This document shows positions 34,640 to 46,106 of a stretch of DNA of 64,000 bases, piece after piece. Source of the DNA: Macrostomum lignano (taxonomy: Eukaryota); contig NIVC01000585.1 in assembly GCA_002269645.1 (NCBI GenBank), forward strand, positions 62,001-126,000, given 5' to 3'. Under the pieces are notes generated by a model, which saw only the letters and a list, made by a program, of their open reading frames with translations, did no database searches and had not been told where the DNA came from. Numbering within the stretch: the first letter of the stretch is position 1; each line of letters begins with the position of its first letter. A program made the translations under genes and the position numbers.

Positions 34640-34955
34640 ACAGCCACCACAAACAGCGCTGCAAGCGGTTCCACAACCAGCGCCACAAATAGCGCCACAA
34701 CCAGCGCCACAAACAGCGCCACAAACGGCGCCACAACCAGCGCTACAAACAGCGCTACAAACAGCGCCACAAACAGCACCGCAAACAGCGCCACAAACAG
34801 TAAAACAAACAACAAAACAAACCGCGCCACAAACGACGCCACAAACAGCAAAACAAACAGCGCCACAAACAGAGCCACAAACAGCGCTATAAACAGCGCC
34901 ACAAACAGCGCCACAAACAGAGCCACAAACAGCGTCACAAACGGCGCCACAAACA
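34640..34955 (+). repeat. 12-bp minisatellite CGCCACAAACAG upstream of Gfi1
   Basis: Tandem units; source of the ATNS-repeat ORF. Confidence 0.9.
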
Positions 34956-35254
34956 GATTAGCAATCAAGAATTTCAATTTTCTTCATTTCATTTCTTTAA
35001 TCTTCACGAAGTGAGGCAGTTGCACAACGGTTTTTAAATGCCAGACACGCCTTGCTCACTACTGCCAGTAGTCCAAAAAGTGATGCAAACTTTTAGGTTG
35101 GTCGCTACAGGAAGCAAGAAACGAAGTTAAAGTTCAATTATATTTAACACTAATATTTGATATCAAAAGCAGCATTAACATCATGCACATCCCAGCTTAA
35201 CTTTATATCTGTGGTATCTAACACTGAAGTTCATGAAACTAATACTGCAAATCT

Positions 35255-35530
35255 GACATCTGATATCTAACACCTGATATCTAACACCTGATATCTAACA
35301 TCTGATATCTAACACCTGGTATCTAACATCTGATATCTAACATTTGATATCTAACACCTGGTATTAACACCTGATATCTAACACCTGGTATCTAACACCT
35401 GATATCTAACATTTGATATCTAACACCTGGTATTAACACCTGATATCTAACACCTGGTATCTAACACCTGATATCTAACACCTGATATCTAATATCTGAT
35501 ATCTAACACCTGATATTTAACATCTGATAT
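35255..35530 (+). repeat. 14-bp minisatellite ATATCTAACACCTG
   Basis: Tandem units. Confidence 0.9.
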
Positions 35531-35667
35531 CTGTCAGATTGTAAATTGTAAATTGAAACATATGAAAAAAGTCTAACATTGTTGTCAAGCATCCAAATAT
35601 AACATGTGATATCTAACACTTGATTTCCAACATCTCTAACACCCGGTGCTCATCAGCTAGGGAATAT

Positions 35668-38600
35668 CTAACGGAAGAAGCCGGTCTCTTCCAGCAGGTC
35701 CTGCAGCATTCGGTAGTACGGGTGGTACGGGTTGTTCCACGTGAACGGGTTCGAAGTGGTCATGGTGTCGGACTTTCTGCCATAGACGGTGCCGCTCTCG
35801 TACGCGTACATCGTGTTCAGACTGTAGCTGATGAAATGCAGCCGGCAGAAGGAATTCTGCGAGAATTCGAAAGCTTTGCATTCCCTGGAAACGGCGCAGA
35901 CAAACTGGCAGTTTTGCATGTCCACCGCGAGGCCGTAGGACCTGCCGAAGTCGGGATAGTGAATGACCTCACCAGTGTCGTCCACTCTGAAGTACACCGC
36001 ACGCTTGCAGCTCGAGTCTTTGATTGGGCCCAGGGCTGCGGAGTGCGCGAGATAGGATGCTGTCACTCCCGCAACTCCAGACTGTCACTCCCGCAACTCC
36101 AGACTGTCACTCCCGCAACTCCAGACTGTCACTCCCGCAACTCCAGTCTGTCACTCCCGCAACTCCAGACTGTCACTCCCGCAACTTCAGACTGTCAAAA
36201 CTTGAGACTGTCAACCAACACGGGAAATAGGGTGTCACTCCGAATCAGAGGTACAGGGAGGTGTCACTCCGAATCAGAGGTACAGGGAGGTGTCACTCCG
36301 AATCAGAGGTACAGGGAGGTGTCACTCCGAATCAGAGGTACAGTGAGGTGTCACTCCGAATCAGAGGTACAGTGAGGTGTCACTCCGAATCAGAGGTACA
36401 GTGAGGTGTCACTCCGAATCAGAGGTACAGGGAGGTGTCACTCCGAATCAGAGGTACAGGGAGGTGTCACTCCGAATCAGAGGTACAGGGAGGTGTCACT
36501 CCGAATCAGAGGTACAGGGAGTTGTCACTCCGAATCAGAGGTACAGGGAGGTGTCACTCCGAATCAGAGGTACAGGGAGTTGTCACTCCGAATCAGAGGT
36601 ACAGGGAGGTGTCACTCCGAATCAGAGGTACAGGGAGGTGTCACTCCGAATCAGAGGTACAGGGAGGTGTCACTCCGAATCAGAGGTACAGGGAGGTGTC
36701 ACTCCGAATCAGAGGTACAGGGAGGTGTCACTCCGTCTCGAACCTTCTTTCCACTCGTAGCAGCTTTGCCCTCGCGGATGCTCCTGAGAGATGGTGAGCT
36801 TGAGCTTGCTTGGTACTCCCACTATGGTGGTGTCCTTCATGATCTCCCAGTCGCCGCAGGCTTCCACGTCCCAATCCTCCTGCAGGAAGCGCTCGTCCGG
36901 GTGCACAGAGTCGTGCGTGGTGAGCGGCAGAGTGAATTGCGGGTGCGTCTGCGTGAACACCGGCGGCTCCTGCGGCTGGCCCTGTGGCAGGGTGGGGGAG
37001 AGAGGGCGATAGTAGGGAGTGACGGTCACTGCGGGTGAAATTTCGGACTGACAGTTGCCGAGTGACATTTATGGAGTGAAAATTCTATAACTTGTGGAGT
37101 GATGGCACTCTGCTCACACTTCCGTCAAAGCTGTACAAATCCTCCCAGTAGTCGGCGTTCTCTGGGCCCATGGGAGGGTGGTGCATGGTCAGGCAGTTCA
37201 TCATGTCCAGCGGGGTTTCGAATACTTGCAGATTCGTCACTAAGATGCGGCTAATTTCGGGGAACTTTAGCCAGTCGAAGCCCATCATGTACTTCATCTC
37301 CAGCAAATCAGAGTTGACCTTCATTCGGATCATCACCCAGCGAGTGCGCTGGTGGGGACTGCACTCGGAATAGATGTACAACTGCGGGAGGAGGCGGCGC
37401 GGGGCCCTCGGTCACTCATGAACTCACTCATGAACTCACTCATGATCTCACTCATGAACTCACTCATGAACTCACTCATGAAATCACTCACGATCTCACT
37501 CATGATCTCACTCATGAACTCACTCATGAACTCACTCATGATCTCACTCATGAACTCACTCATGATCTCACTCATGAACTCACTCATGAACTCACTCATG
37601 ATCTCACTCATGATCTCACTCATGAACTCACTCATGATCTCACTCATGATCTCACTCATGATCTCACTCATGATCTCACTCATGATCTCACTCATGAACT
37701 CACTCATGAACTCACTCATGAACTCACTCATGAACTCACTCATGAACTCACTCATGATCTCACTCATGATCTCACTCATGATCTCACTCATGAACTCACT
37801 TATAAACCCTCACTCATGAACTCACTTATAAACCCTCACTCATGAACTCACTCATGAACTCACTCATGACCTCACTCATGAACTCACTCATGACCTCACT
37901 CGTGAACTCACTCATGAATTCACTCATAAACCCTCACTCTACTCAAGAACTCACTCATGAACTCACTCTTAAACCCCCACTCATGAACTCACTCAAGAAC
38001 TCACTCAAGAGCTCACTCACGAAATCACTCATGAACTCACTCATGAACTCACTCATGACCTCACTCATGAACTCACTCATGACCTCACTCATGAACTCAC
38101 TCATGAATTCACTCATAAACCCTCACTCTACTCAAGAACTCACTCATGAACTCACTCTTAAACCCCCACTCATGAACTCACTCAAGAACTCACTCAAGAG
38201 CTCACTCACGAAATCACTCATGAACTCACTCATGAAGTCACTCATGACCTCACTCATTAACTCACTCATGAATTCACTCATGAACCCTCACTCATGAACT
38301 GACTCAGGAACTCACTCATGAACCCTCACTCATGAACTCACTCATGAACTCACTCATAACCTCACTCATTAACTCACTCATGAATTCACTCATAAACCCT
38401 CACTCATGAACTGACTCAGGAACTCACTCATGATCTCACTCATAAACCCTCACTCCGCTCAAGAACTCACTCATGAACTCACTCAAGAACTCACTCATGA
38501 AGTCACTCATGAACTCACTCATGAACTCACTCATGAAGTCACTCCTGAACTCACTCATGAAGTCACTCATGAAGTCACTCATGAAGTCACTCATGAAGTC

Positions 38601-41600
38601 ACTCATGAAGTCACTCATGAACTCACTCATGAACTCACTCATGAACTCACTCATTAACCCTCACTCATGAACTCACTCATTAACTCACTTATGAATTCAC
38701 TCATGAACTCACTCATGAGCTCACTCATGAACTCACTCATGAACCCTCACTCATGAACCCTCACTCATGAGCTCACTCATGAGCTCACTCATGAACTCAC
38801 TCATTAACCCTCACTCATGAACTCACTCATAAACTCACTCATGAATTCACTCATGAACTCACTCATGAACTCACTCATGAACTCACTCATGAACTCACTC
38901 ATGAACTCACTCATGAGCTCTCTCATGAAGTCACTTAAGAAGTCACTCACGAATCCTCACTCACTAATCCAAGCCCCTGTGATATCTCACCACACCGTGA
39001 TGAAATTTGAGATCCTCGCAGCGCCACCAGAGCATTTTTTCGGCCATGGTGGCCCTCCTGAAGTATTCGGTTCGCCGTCCCTTCTCGCCGTCGCTGCTGC
39101 GGAAGTCGGTCTCCACCAGCCAGTGTGGCAGCGGAGCGCCGCGAACGAAAACCTCCAAGAAGCGCATGGCGCTCAAATCCATTCGATTGATGAAGAGCTT
39201 GAGCAGGGAGATGTGCTTGTGGCTGCCAATGTCGAAGATAATCCACTGAAAATCCTCGTCAACAACGTTATTGAAGTAGGAATTCGGGTCAAGCAATGAT
39301 TCGGCCTCGAAGGGGGGGCAATACGTAAAAGCGGTAGTTTGATGAGTGCACAGCGTGTTGAGAAACCTGGAGTGCGAATTCCTGCTGGACATCAGCACTT
39401 TGCTGGTGACCTGGTTTATTGACGCCACTTGCCTGCCAGTGGTTGAGTGAGCAATTGGTTGCTGCCTGGTTAGCTGCTCACAGGTTGAAAATTTATCACT
39501 CCAACCTAGCAAATGCGGTGCGCCCTGGATTCCCCTGTCTCAAGGTCGTGCATTTATTGGATTCCTCATATTTTTCAAGGTCGAACGTTCTGTCGGATTC
39601 CCCATATTTCTCAAGTTCAAACATTTTGTTGGATTACCCATATTTCTCAAGGTCAAACATTTTGTTGGATTCCCCATATTTCTCAAGGTCAAACATTTTG
39701 TTGGATTCCCCATATTTCTCAAGGTCAAACATTTTGTTGGATTCCCCATATTTCTCAAGGTCAAACATTTTGTTGGATTTCCCATATTTTCAAGGTCGAA
39801 CATTTTGTTGGATTTCCCATATTTTCAAGGTCGAACATTCTGTTGGATTCCCCATATTTCTCAAGGTCGAACATTCTGTTGGATTCCCCATATTTCTCAA
39901 GTCGAACATTCTGTTGGATTCCCCATATTTTTCAAGGTCAAAAATTCTGTTGGATTCCCCATATTTCTCAAGGTCGAAAATTCTGTTGGATTCCCCATAT
40001 TTTTCAAGGTCAAAAATTTTGTCGGATTCCCCATATTTCCCAAGGTCAAACCTTCTGTCGGATTAACTTCTGTCCAACTCTGGATTCGCTCCTGTCTCAA
40101 GGTCGTGCATTCTATATTCCCCTCCATCTTACCGAAAGTTTCCCATCGCGCCAAAGATTGTCATGGTGTCGAGCTGTTCCCAGTGGATCATTCTGTTGGC
40201 TTCATAGCAGTTCTTGGGCAATGCGATCTCGAAGACGGTGGTAAATAGTTCTGGCGCGCCATCTATGTTCACGAGAGGGCAGCGAAACATGGTGTCGAAC
40301 AAAAGGCACGGCTCCCATTTAAGGTATCGAAATGGGCCATCCGATTGATGATACTTGAAGTATATATTGTAATACAGGTAGACCCTGTGATCGAACATTA
40401 CCGGCAAGTTGTCGATGTAGCGGCCCTTGAAGTCGGCGGCTGGGTCCGGAATCTCCGACTCGTTGAAGCACTGACAGGCCCGCAGGTTGCGAGTGGAAGT
40501 GTGCCTGCGTAAATTCATCACTGCGGTGGGAGTGGCGGAGTGTGCCTGCGTAAATTCATCACTGCGGTGGGAGTGCGGAGTGTGCCTGCGTAAACTCATC
40601 ACTGCGGTGGGAGTGGCGGAGTGTGCCTGCGTAAATTCATCACTGCGGTGGGAGTGGCGGAGTGTGCCTGCGTAAATTCATCACTGCGGTGGGAGTGGCG
40701 GAGTGTGCCTGCGTAAATTCATCACTGTGGTGGGAGTGCGGAGTGTGCCTGCGTAAATTCATCACTGTGGTGGGAGTGCGGAGTGTGCCTGCGTAAATTC
40801 ATCACTGTGGTGGGAGTGCGGAGTGTGCCTGCGTAAATTCATCACTGTGGTGGGAGTGCGGAGTGTGCCTGCGTAAATTCATCACTGTGGTGGGAGTGCG
40901 GAGCGGATGACTGGTCAACACATTGAAGAGACGGCAGCTGCATAAGACAGACGCTGCCTTCCTTTCTGGAAGCTTGCCAGCTGAGCTTACTGCTCAAGTC
41001 AATAACCTCTCTCATCTTAAAACAGCATCTGAGCGACATCTAAAAAGCAGCTAAGCGACGTCTATGTGACATTGAGACAATATCTAAACAGCATCTGAGC
41101 GACATCTAAACAGCAGCTAAGCGACGTCTATGTGACATCGAAACAATATCTAAACAGCATCTGAGCGACATCTAAACAGCAGCTAAGCTACGTCTATGTG
41201 ACATCGAAACAATATCTAAACAGCATCTGAGCGACATCTAAACAGCAGCTAAGCTACGTCTATGTGACATCGAAACAATATCTAAACAGCATCTGAGCAG
41301 ACTCACGGGCAAACTTTTCACAGCGGAATCGGCAGGTCTCAAAGCAGGCCTCGGCATTCATGTCGCCAGAAGGATCCGGGTTAATGGTGTTGGTGGGCGA
41401 GTGAGTCGTGGACTTGGTCATCCCTCTGAACCGGATGTGGTTAAATCTGTTCGGGTCAAAGACCACGATGCCGTGGTAGTGCGAAGAGCCGCAGCGTTTG
41501 ATCTCGCAATAGTCCCACAGCATACGCATTTCATAAGAAATTTTGTTCACAAAGCACCACGGCTTCAGGCGGGAGTTAGCGAACATTGTGTGCTCCAGCT

Positions 41601-42503
41601 CTGACAGCGGGTTTCTACAATAATTCCGCGGATTGGTGGCCAGAAAAAGCCTTAACTTAGACTTGGTCAGCCCCATGCTGACCAGCTCAGTCTGGAACGA
41701 GGACCAATGCAGGCACGGCTTGCCACTCCGGACGTGGTGAACAGTGCCCGTGTACATTGCCCCAGTGTGGAAGAAGCAGTCCGAATCCTGGCTTGGCAAC
41801 GGGATTTGGGTGATATGGATTAGCATTCCTCTAATGAGTCTTCCTATAGGCTAGATTAGCAATCCCATAGGCTAGATTAGCAATCCCATAGGCTAGATTA
41901 GCAATCCCATAGGCTAGATTAGCAATCCCACAGGCTAGATTAGCAATCCCATAGGCTAGATTAGCAATCCCATAGGCTAGATTAGCAGTCCATGGATGAG
42001 CTCACATCCATCCGCATGCAGGCCAGTAGCGAGTTGGTCAGGGATCCTGGCCGACTGAAAGGCCGATTGAGGCGCCACAGCTTGGCATCGTTCCAGACGG
42101 CGGGCTTCAGCGCCTCCAGTCGTGTCAAGGTGGCATTGAGAAGCGTGGCCACCGAGCTGGTGTTCCAGGGCGGCATGCACCAAGTCTTGTGACTGTACAG
42201 CGGCTTCGGTGGCGGGCAGTTGCACTGACGTCTTCGCCATCGAATGTTGAGGCCCTTCTGGCAGGTGGTGACTCCGTGGCCAGTGTCCACGGGCTCCCAG
42301 TGGCACCAATCGCCCAGCACCACACTGGCCATACATTCGTTGTCATTCAGACGAAGCTCATATTTCGACGGTCGAGCGTAGAGGGCGCTTCGATACAGTG
42401 TTGCATTTTTGTTCAAGCAGCGATACGCCCCGAAGGCTTGGTGAGGCCAACAGACAGCCACGAGCAGAATTAGCAGAGTCATTGAATGCAGGCGAAGATT
42501 CAT
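35668..42503 (-). CDS. Secreted multidomain protein, about 900 aa: signal peptide, TSP1-like, kringle, Cys-rich (WSC-like), unknown region, discoidin/F5-8C-like, PAN/apple
   Basis: Exons 42503-42006 (signal peptide; WCHWEP..CQKG..RWRRRQCNCP), 41787-41307 (kringle: YTG..SGKPCLHW, NYCRNP, PWCF, WDYCEIKRC), a small unresolved exon near 40990-40925, about 40475-40133, 39432-38991 (QWIIFDIG), 37381-37120, 37028-~36740 and 36035-35668 (CQFVCAVSRECKAFEF..CRL). The phases that could be checked are compatible; no stops seen. Confidence 0.75.
36060..36735 (+). repeat. 22-bp (CTGTCACTCCCGCAACTCCAGA) and 29-bp (GGTGTCACTCCGAATCAGAGGTACAGGGA) minisatellites in one intron
   Basis: Two adjacent arrays, 36060-36200 and 36230-36735. 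Confidence 0.93.
37413..38960 (+). repeat. 12-bp minisatellite ACTCACTCATGA, about 1.5 kb, intronic
   Basis: Same unit as 16863-17290, with higher-order variants. Confidence 0.95.
39540..40060 (+). repeat. 36-bp minisatellite TTGGATTCCCCATATTTCTCAAGGTCAAACATTTTG, intronic
   Basis: Tandem units. Confidence 0.93.
40495..40903 (+). repeat. 40-41-bp minisatellite GAGTGTGCCTGCGTAAATTCATCACTGTGGTGGGAGTGCG, intronic
   Basis: About 10 tandem units. Confidence 0.93.
41020..41298 (+). repeat. 66-bp tandem repeat, about 4 copies, intronic
   Basis: TCTAAACAGCATCTGAGC recurs at 41083 and 41149 (period 66). Confidence 0.9.
41845..41988 (+). repeat. 21-bp minisatellite CATAGGCTAGATTAGCAATCC, intronic
   Basis: About 7 tandem units. 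Confidence 0.9.
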
Positions 42504-43436
42504 TCTTATTTTTTGAAATTATTTAACGTAGCTTAGCAAGATAGCAGTTGACATTCAGGGTGGCATTTGGCTCGCACTCTTCAAGTCGTCTGTCTCCCTG
42601 TGCTGATAGCCCGCCAATCTCTTTTGTCTATGGCCCGAGGCGTGTGAAAACGAAGTTTGAAAAACAAGATAAGATAGCCAAAGATAGCCCCGGGCCCTCA
42701 AATATTGTCTATGGCCACAAGACTGCGAGCGCTTTGATTCAGTATACAGTCAACACGGCAACACTAAGCAACATTGAAAAGTGAATACCCAAGTAGCAGG
42801 GGGTCTGTGGGCTGACTCCTGGGCCAAGTTGGTGGTTAAGCCAACTAAGTTGAGAATTCTCATTTGGCAGCAGTACGCGATTTGGTATTAAATTTGGTAG
42901 ATTTGGTAATCTCGTGTCGTAGATTTGGTTTTGCCAACAAGACATAGACACAGACGAAAAGGACAAGAAAGTTACTCGTAGTATTTCGGCCATACACTGC
43001 TATTGATTTTTTGAGCTCATTGAAATCTCTGAAATCGCTCAGGCGAATGATGCAATGACGACGTAACGTGAGGAGCAATGGCAATGAGCACAGTGAAGGC
43101 AGTGAGACGCAGTGGCGAGATTGGCGTCAGCCGTGGCGTGAGACAGTCAAGTAAGCGTGTGAGTAGGCTGGCCCAGACAGAGGGGCCGTGGCGAGAAATA
43201 AGGAGGCTCGAGGCAGCCAGACAAGAACGCAAAAACACACACAAGGCCAAGGACAGACCGGGAGTAACAGACAAGCACAGAAAGGGACAGATAAGTGAGG
43301 AGTGCCCGCCGCCAGGCGGGGGGTTAATAAAGGAGCGCAGAGGGGGTAGCGCGAAGCACGAGCGGTTTTCATTGGCTGGCGAGAGAACTTAAAATTATCG
43401 ATCGTGCCAATTTTATACGGTCGCGAGAGAGGGTAG

Positions 43437-46106
43437 TGTTCTGTTGTGGAATTAACGAACGCAGAAACAAGATAGATAATTATCCGGGCGCTCAGTGGCA
43501 CCAAAAGAAGGGCTTGGCCAATAGGAGGGCGGCTCGTATATTTATGCACGCGGGGAAGGAAAGTTCTAGAAAGACCGGGGAAGGAAACTTCTGGAACTAT
43601 GCGTAAACAAGTCCGCGGTGGAAGTTTCTAGAAACGCTGCCCCGAGCTACCCCTACGCCTCGCATGCCTTTGCAATACACAACATTCTTCCCCTCCTTCA
43701 AGGAGTCCAACAGTCCCCAAGCTTCACTTTAATCAGTCCCAGCGGCAGTTCATGAAGCGTATCGGCGGGTGCCTGGCTCGCTCAGATCGGCGGGGCGCTG
43801 CTGTTCTTGCCGGAGGCTCCGCCGCCGGTGCCGCCGGTGCCGCCGTGCCGGCTCCGGTCGTTGGCGCCGAGTCCACCAGTGGGTCGAACCGCTCTCTCGG
43901 CTGCGCCGGGTGCGGCGTTCGGATCAGCCGCTGCTGGTTCCATCTGGTGCCGTCGCTGAGCTCGACCGCGTGGTGTCCCGCCTGACGGAGCACTTGTAGT
44001 GGCCGTGAGAGGCGGGTACCCAGCTTGCCCTTCTTGGTGGGCCGTCGGATTCTCACCCAATCGCCGGGGTTGAACGTCTCGGGGCGGGCCCTTCGTCTGG
44101 CATCGGTGTAGGCCTTGATCCGCTGCTGCCGCGCCTCGATTTGCTGCCGCAGTGCCTGAGGCGTCGCCTCGGTCGTTGTCATTCCCCCTCCGGGAGACAG
44201 CATGGTGATCGCGGTGCGCCACTTCCGACCCAGCATGAGCTCGGCCGGTGACTTGCCCGTCAGGCTGTGCTTGGAGCTCCGGTAGGCAGACAAGAAGTTG
44301 GTCACGGCGTCTTGAAACGGCCTGTTCTCCACCATGGCCGCTCTGATGCTGGCGAGTAGCGACCGATTGAGACGCTCCGTCTGGCCGTTGGTTTGCGGAT
44401 GGTAGAGGCTGGTCTTGACGTGCCGGATGCCCTGCTCGGCCAGGAAGTCCGAGAACTCGCTCGATGATGCCGTCCTTCTCTATCTTGTCGAGTTCGGCAC
44501 CAACCTGCTCCTGTCGCATGAGGGGCAGGCGACAGAGTGGCTGCTGGACGGGTCGCACTGCTGGGTCGACCTTGGGCTGGTGTACAGCGCCGGCGCAGCA
44601 TCCTATCGCACCTCTGAAGGTCGTTGGGTACCGCGCCTGCAAGTCCGCCGTCAAGTCGCTGACCTCCGCGATTCCGGGCGGCTGCCCGCTAAGGTCGACT
44701 CGGAAGCCCAGCTTCTCCATCAGGTCTCTACCGACGATGTTGTCGCCGCCTGGCGCAACGAAGAACCGGTGCTGCATCGCCTTGTCGCCGTAGCGCACCT
44801 CCAGCTCGGTGACACCACTTAGCTGGATCGGCAGTCCACCGTAGGCACGCAGCTTCGTCGTGGTGGGAGAGGTGACTGCACCTGAGATCCGGTCGGCGGT
44901 CTGTCGGGACAGCAGCGACACCCTTGCGCCGCAGTCCACCATCAGGCTGACAGCGGTCCTGTCCGGTCCGAGTTCCAGCGTCGCCCGGACCTCCCTGTCG
45001 CCACCTGCCACTGCGTAGACTGTGATCACCTCGTCCGCGGCATTGACAGCAGCCTGCTGGCTGCGACAGCAACTCCGGAAGTGGTTCTTCTTGCCACAGG
45101 CGTCGCATGTCTTGCCCTTGGCCGGACAGGGGGTCGTCGGTCCGTGGTCTCGCCCACAGCGTGTGCAGGCGCCGCCGGGTTTGGCCGTCCTGCCAGCTGG
45201 TGCTGGGCGGTGCCTCCCCTTTGCAGCGACCTTCTGGCCCCTCGGCTGTCGGATCGATTGGACGGCTGCCGTGCTCGAGATTGATGGCGCCATCGCCTTG
45301 GCTTCTTTGGAGGCTTCCTCGATGGAGACCGCGATGCTGAGCGCTTTCGCCAGGTTGAGGTCCTCCACCTTCTCCGTCAGCAGCCTCTCTCGGATTCTGG
45401 GGTTACTGGTCTTCTCAGCCAGCTGGTCTCTGATGAGATCGTCCTGTATCGCGCCGTAGTTGCACAGCTCCGTCAGCTCCCTCAGGGCTGCCACGAAGGT
45501 CTTGACGTCCTCGCCGGGTAGCTGCTGGCGCTGGCGGAAGCGATATCTGGCTACCATCACGTTGGGCTTCTCGCCGAAGATCTTCTCGAGCTCCGCCTTA
45601 GTTGCTGCGAACGTGTCGTTCTCCTTGATTGCTTGGCGTGCTCGAGCAACCCGCTGACCTTCGAATCCAAGCAGATGGAGCAGAAGGCTCTTCTTCAGCG
45701 GTTTCGCCTCTTCCTTCCCTTCGGGCTCCTTGAATTGGGCCGCCTCGTAATAAAATTCAAAGGCCTCAATCCATCGGCTCCATGGTACTGTCGGTGATCC
45801 GCAGTTCGCCAGGAAGGGCGTGGGTGCAGGGATGCTAGCCGCCATCCTCGTCGCCAATGTTCTGTTGTGGAATTAACGAACGCAGAAACAAGATAGATAA
45901 TTATCCGGGCGCTCAGTGGCACCAAAAGAAGGGCTTGGCCAATAGGAGGGCGGCTCGTATATTTATGCACGCGGGGAAGGAAAGTTCTAGAAAGACCGGG
46001 GAAGGAAACTTCTGGAACTATGCGTAAACAAGTCCGCGGTGGAAGTTTCTAGAAACGCTGCCCCCGAGCTACCCCTACGCCTCGCATGCCTTTGCAATAC
46101 ACAACA
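43437..46106 (-). mobile_element. Ty3/Gypsy (Mag-like) LTR retrotransposon, internally deleted, 2670 bp
   Basis: LTRs at 45858-46106 and 43437-43684 (TG...CA) differ only by one C in a homopolymer. TSD GGTAG at 43432-43436 and 46107-46111; PBS 45842-45856; polypurine tract 43685-43699. Encodes gag with two CCHC knuckles, protease (VDCGA), the RT start and the integrase C-terminal part. Confidence 0.96.
43782..45845 (-). CDS. Gag-protease ORF of the Gypsy element, truncated just after the start of RT
   Basis: Open from ATG 45845 through gag, CTRCGRDH..CPAKGKTCDACGKKNHFRSC, LMVDCGARVSLL and VRPVQQP..LDKIEKDGIIE. At about 44460 it jumps out of frame into integrase sequence; the other frame reads EFSDFLAEQGIRH..YHPQTNGQTER..SPAELMLGR. 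Confidence 0.85.
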   Translation of the reverse strand: MAASIPAPTPFLANCGSPTVPWSRWIEAFEFYYEAAQFKEPEGKEEAKPLKKSLLLHLLGFEGQRVARARQAIKENDTFAATKAELEKIFGEKPNVMVARYRFRQRQQLPGEDVKTFVAALRELTELCNYGAIQDDLIRDQLAEKTSNPRIRERLLTEKVEDLNLAKALSIAVSIEEASKEAKAMAPSISSTAAVQSIRQPRGQKVAAKGRHRPAPAGRTAKPGGACTRCGRDHGPTTPCPAKGKTCDACGKKNHFRSCCRSQQAAVNAADEVITVYAVAGGDREVRATLELGPDRTAVSLMVDCGARVSLLSRQTADRISGAVTSPTTTKLRAYGGLPIQLSGVTELEVRYGDKAMQHRFFVAPGGDNIVGRDLMEKLGFRVDLSGQPPGIAEVSDLTADLQARYPTTFRGAIGCCAGAVHQPKVDPAVRPVQQPLCRLPLMRQEQVGAELDKIEKDGIIERVLGLPGRAGHPARQDQPLPSANQRPDGASQSVATRQHQSGHGGEQAVSRRRDQLLVCLPELQAQPDGQVTGRAHAGSEVAHRDHHAVSRRGNDNDRGDASGTAAANRGAAAADQGLHRCQTKGPPRDVQPRRLGENPTAHQEGQAGYPPLTATTSAPSGGTPRGRAQRRHQMEPAAADPNAAPGAAERAVRPTGGLGANDRSRHGGTGGTGGGASGKNSSAPPI

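Noticed and set aside
43070-43436. Older solo LTR interrupted by the Gypsy insertion
   Set aside because: No defined TG..CA boundaries or TSD could be found.
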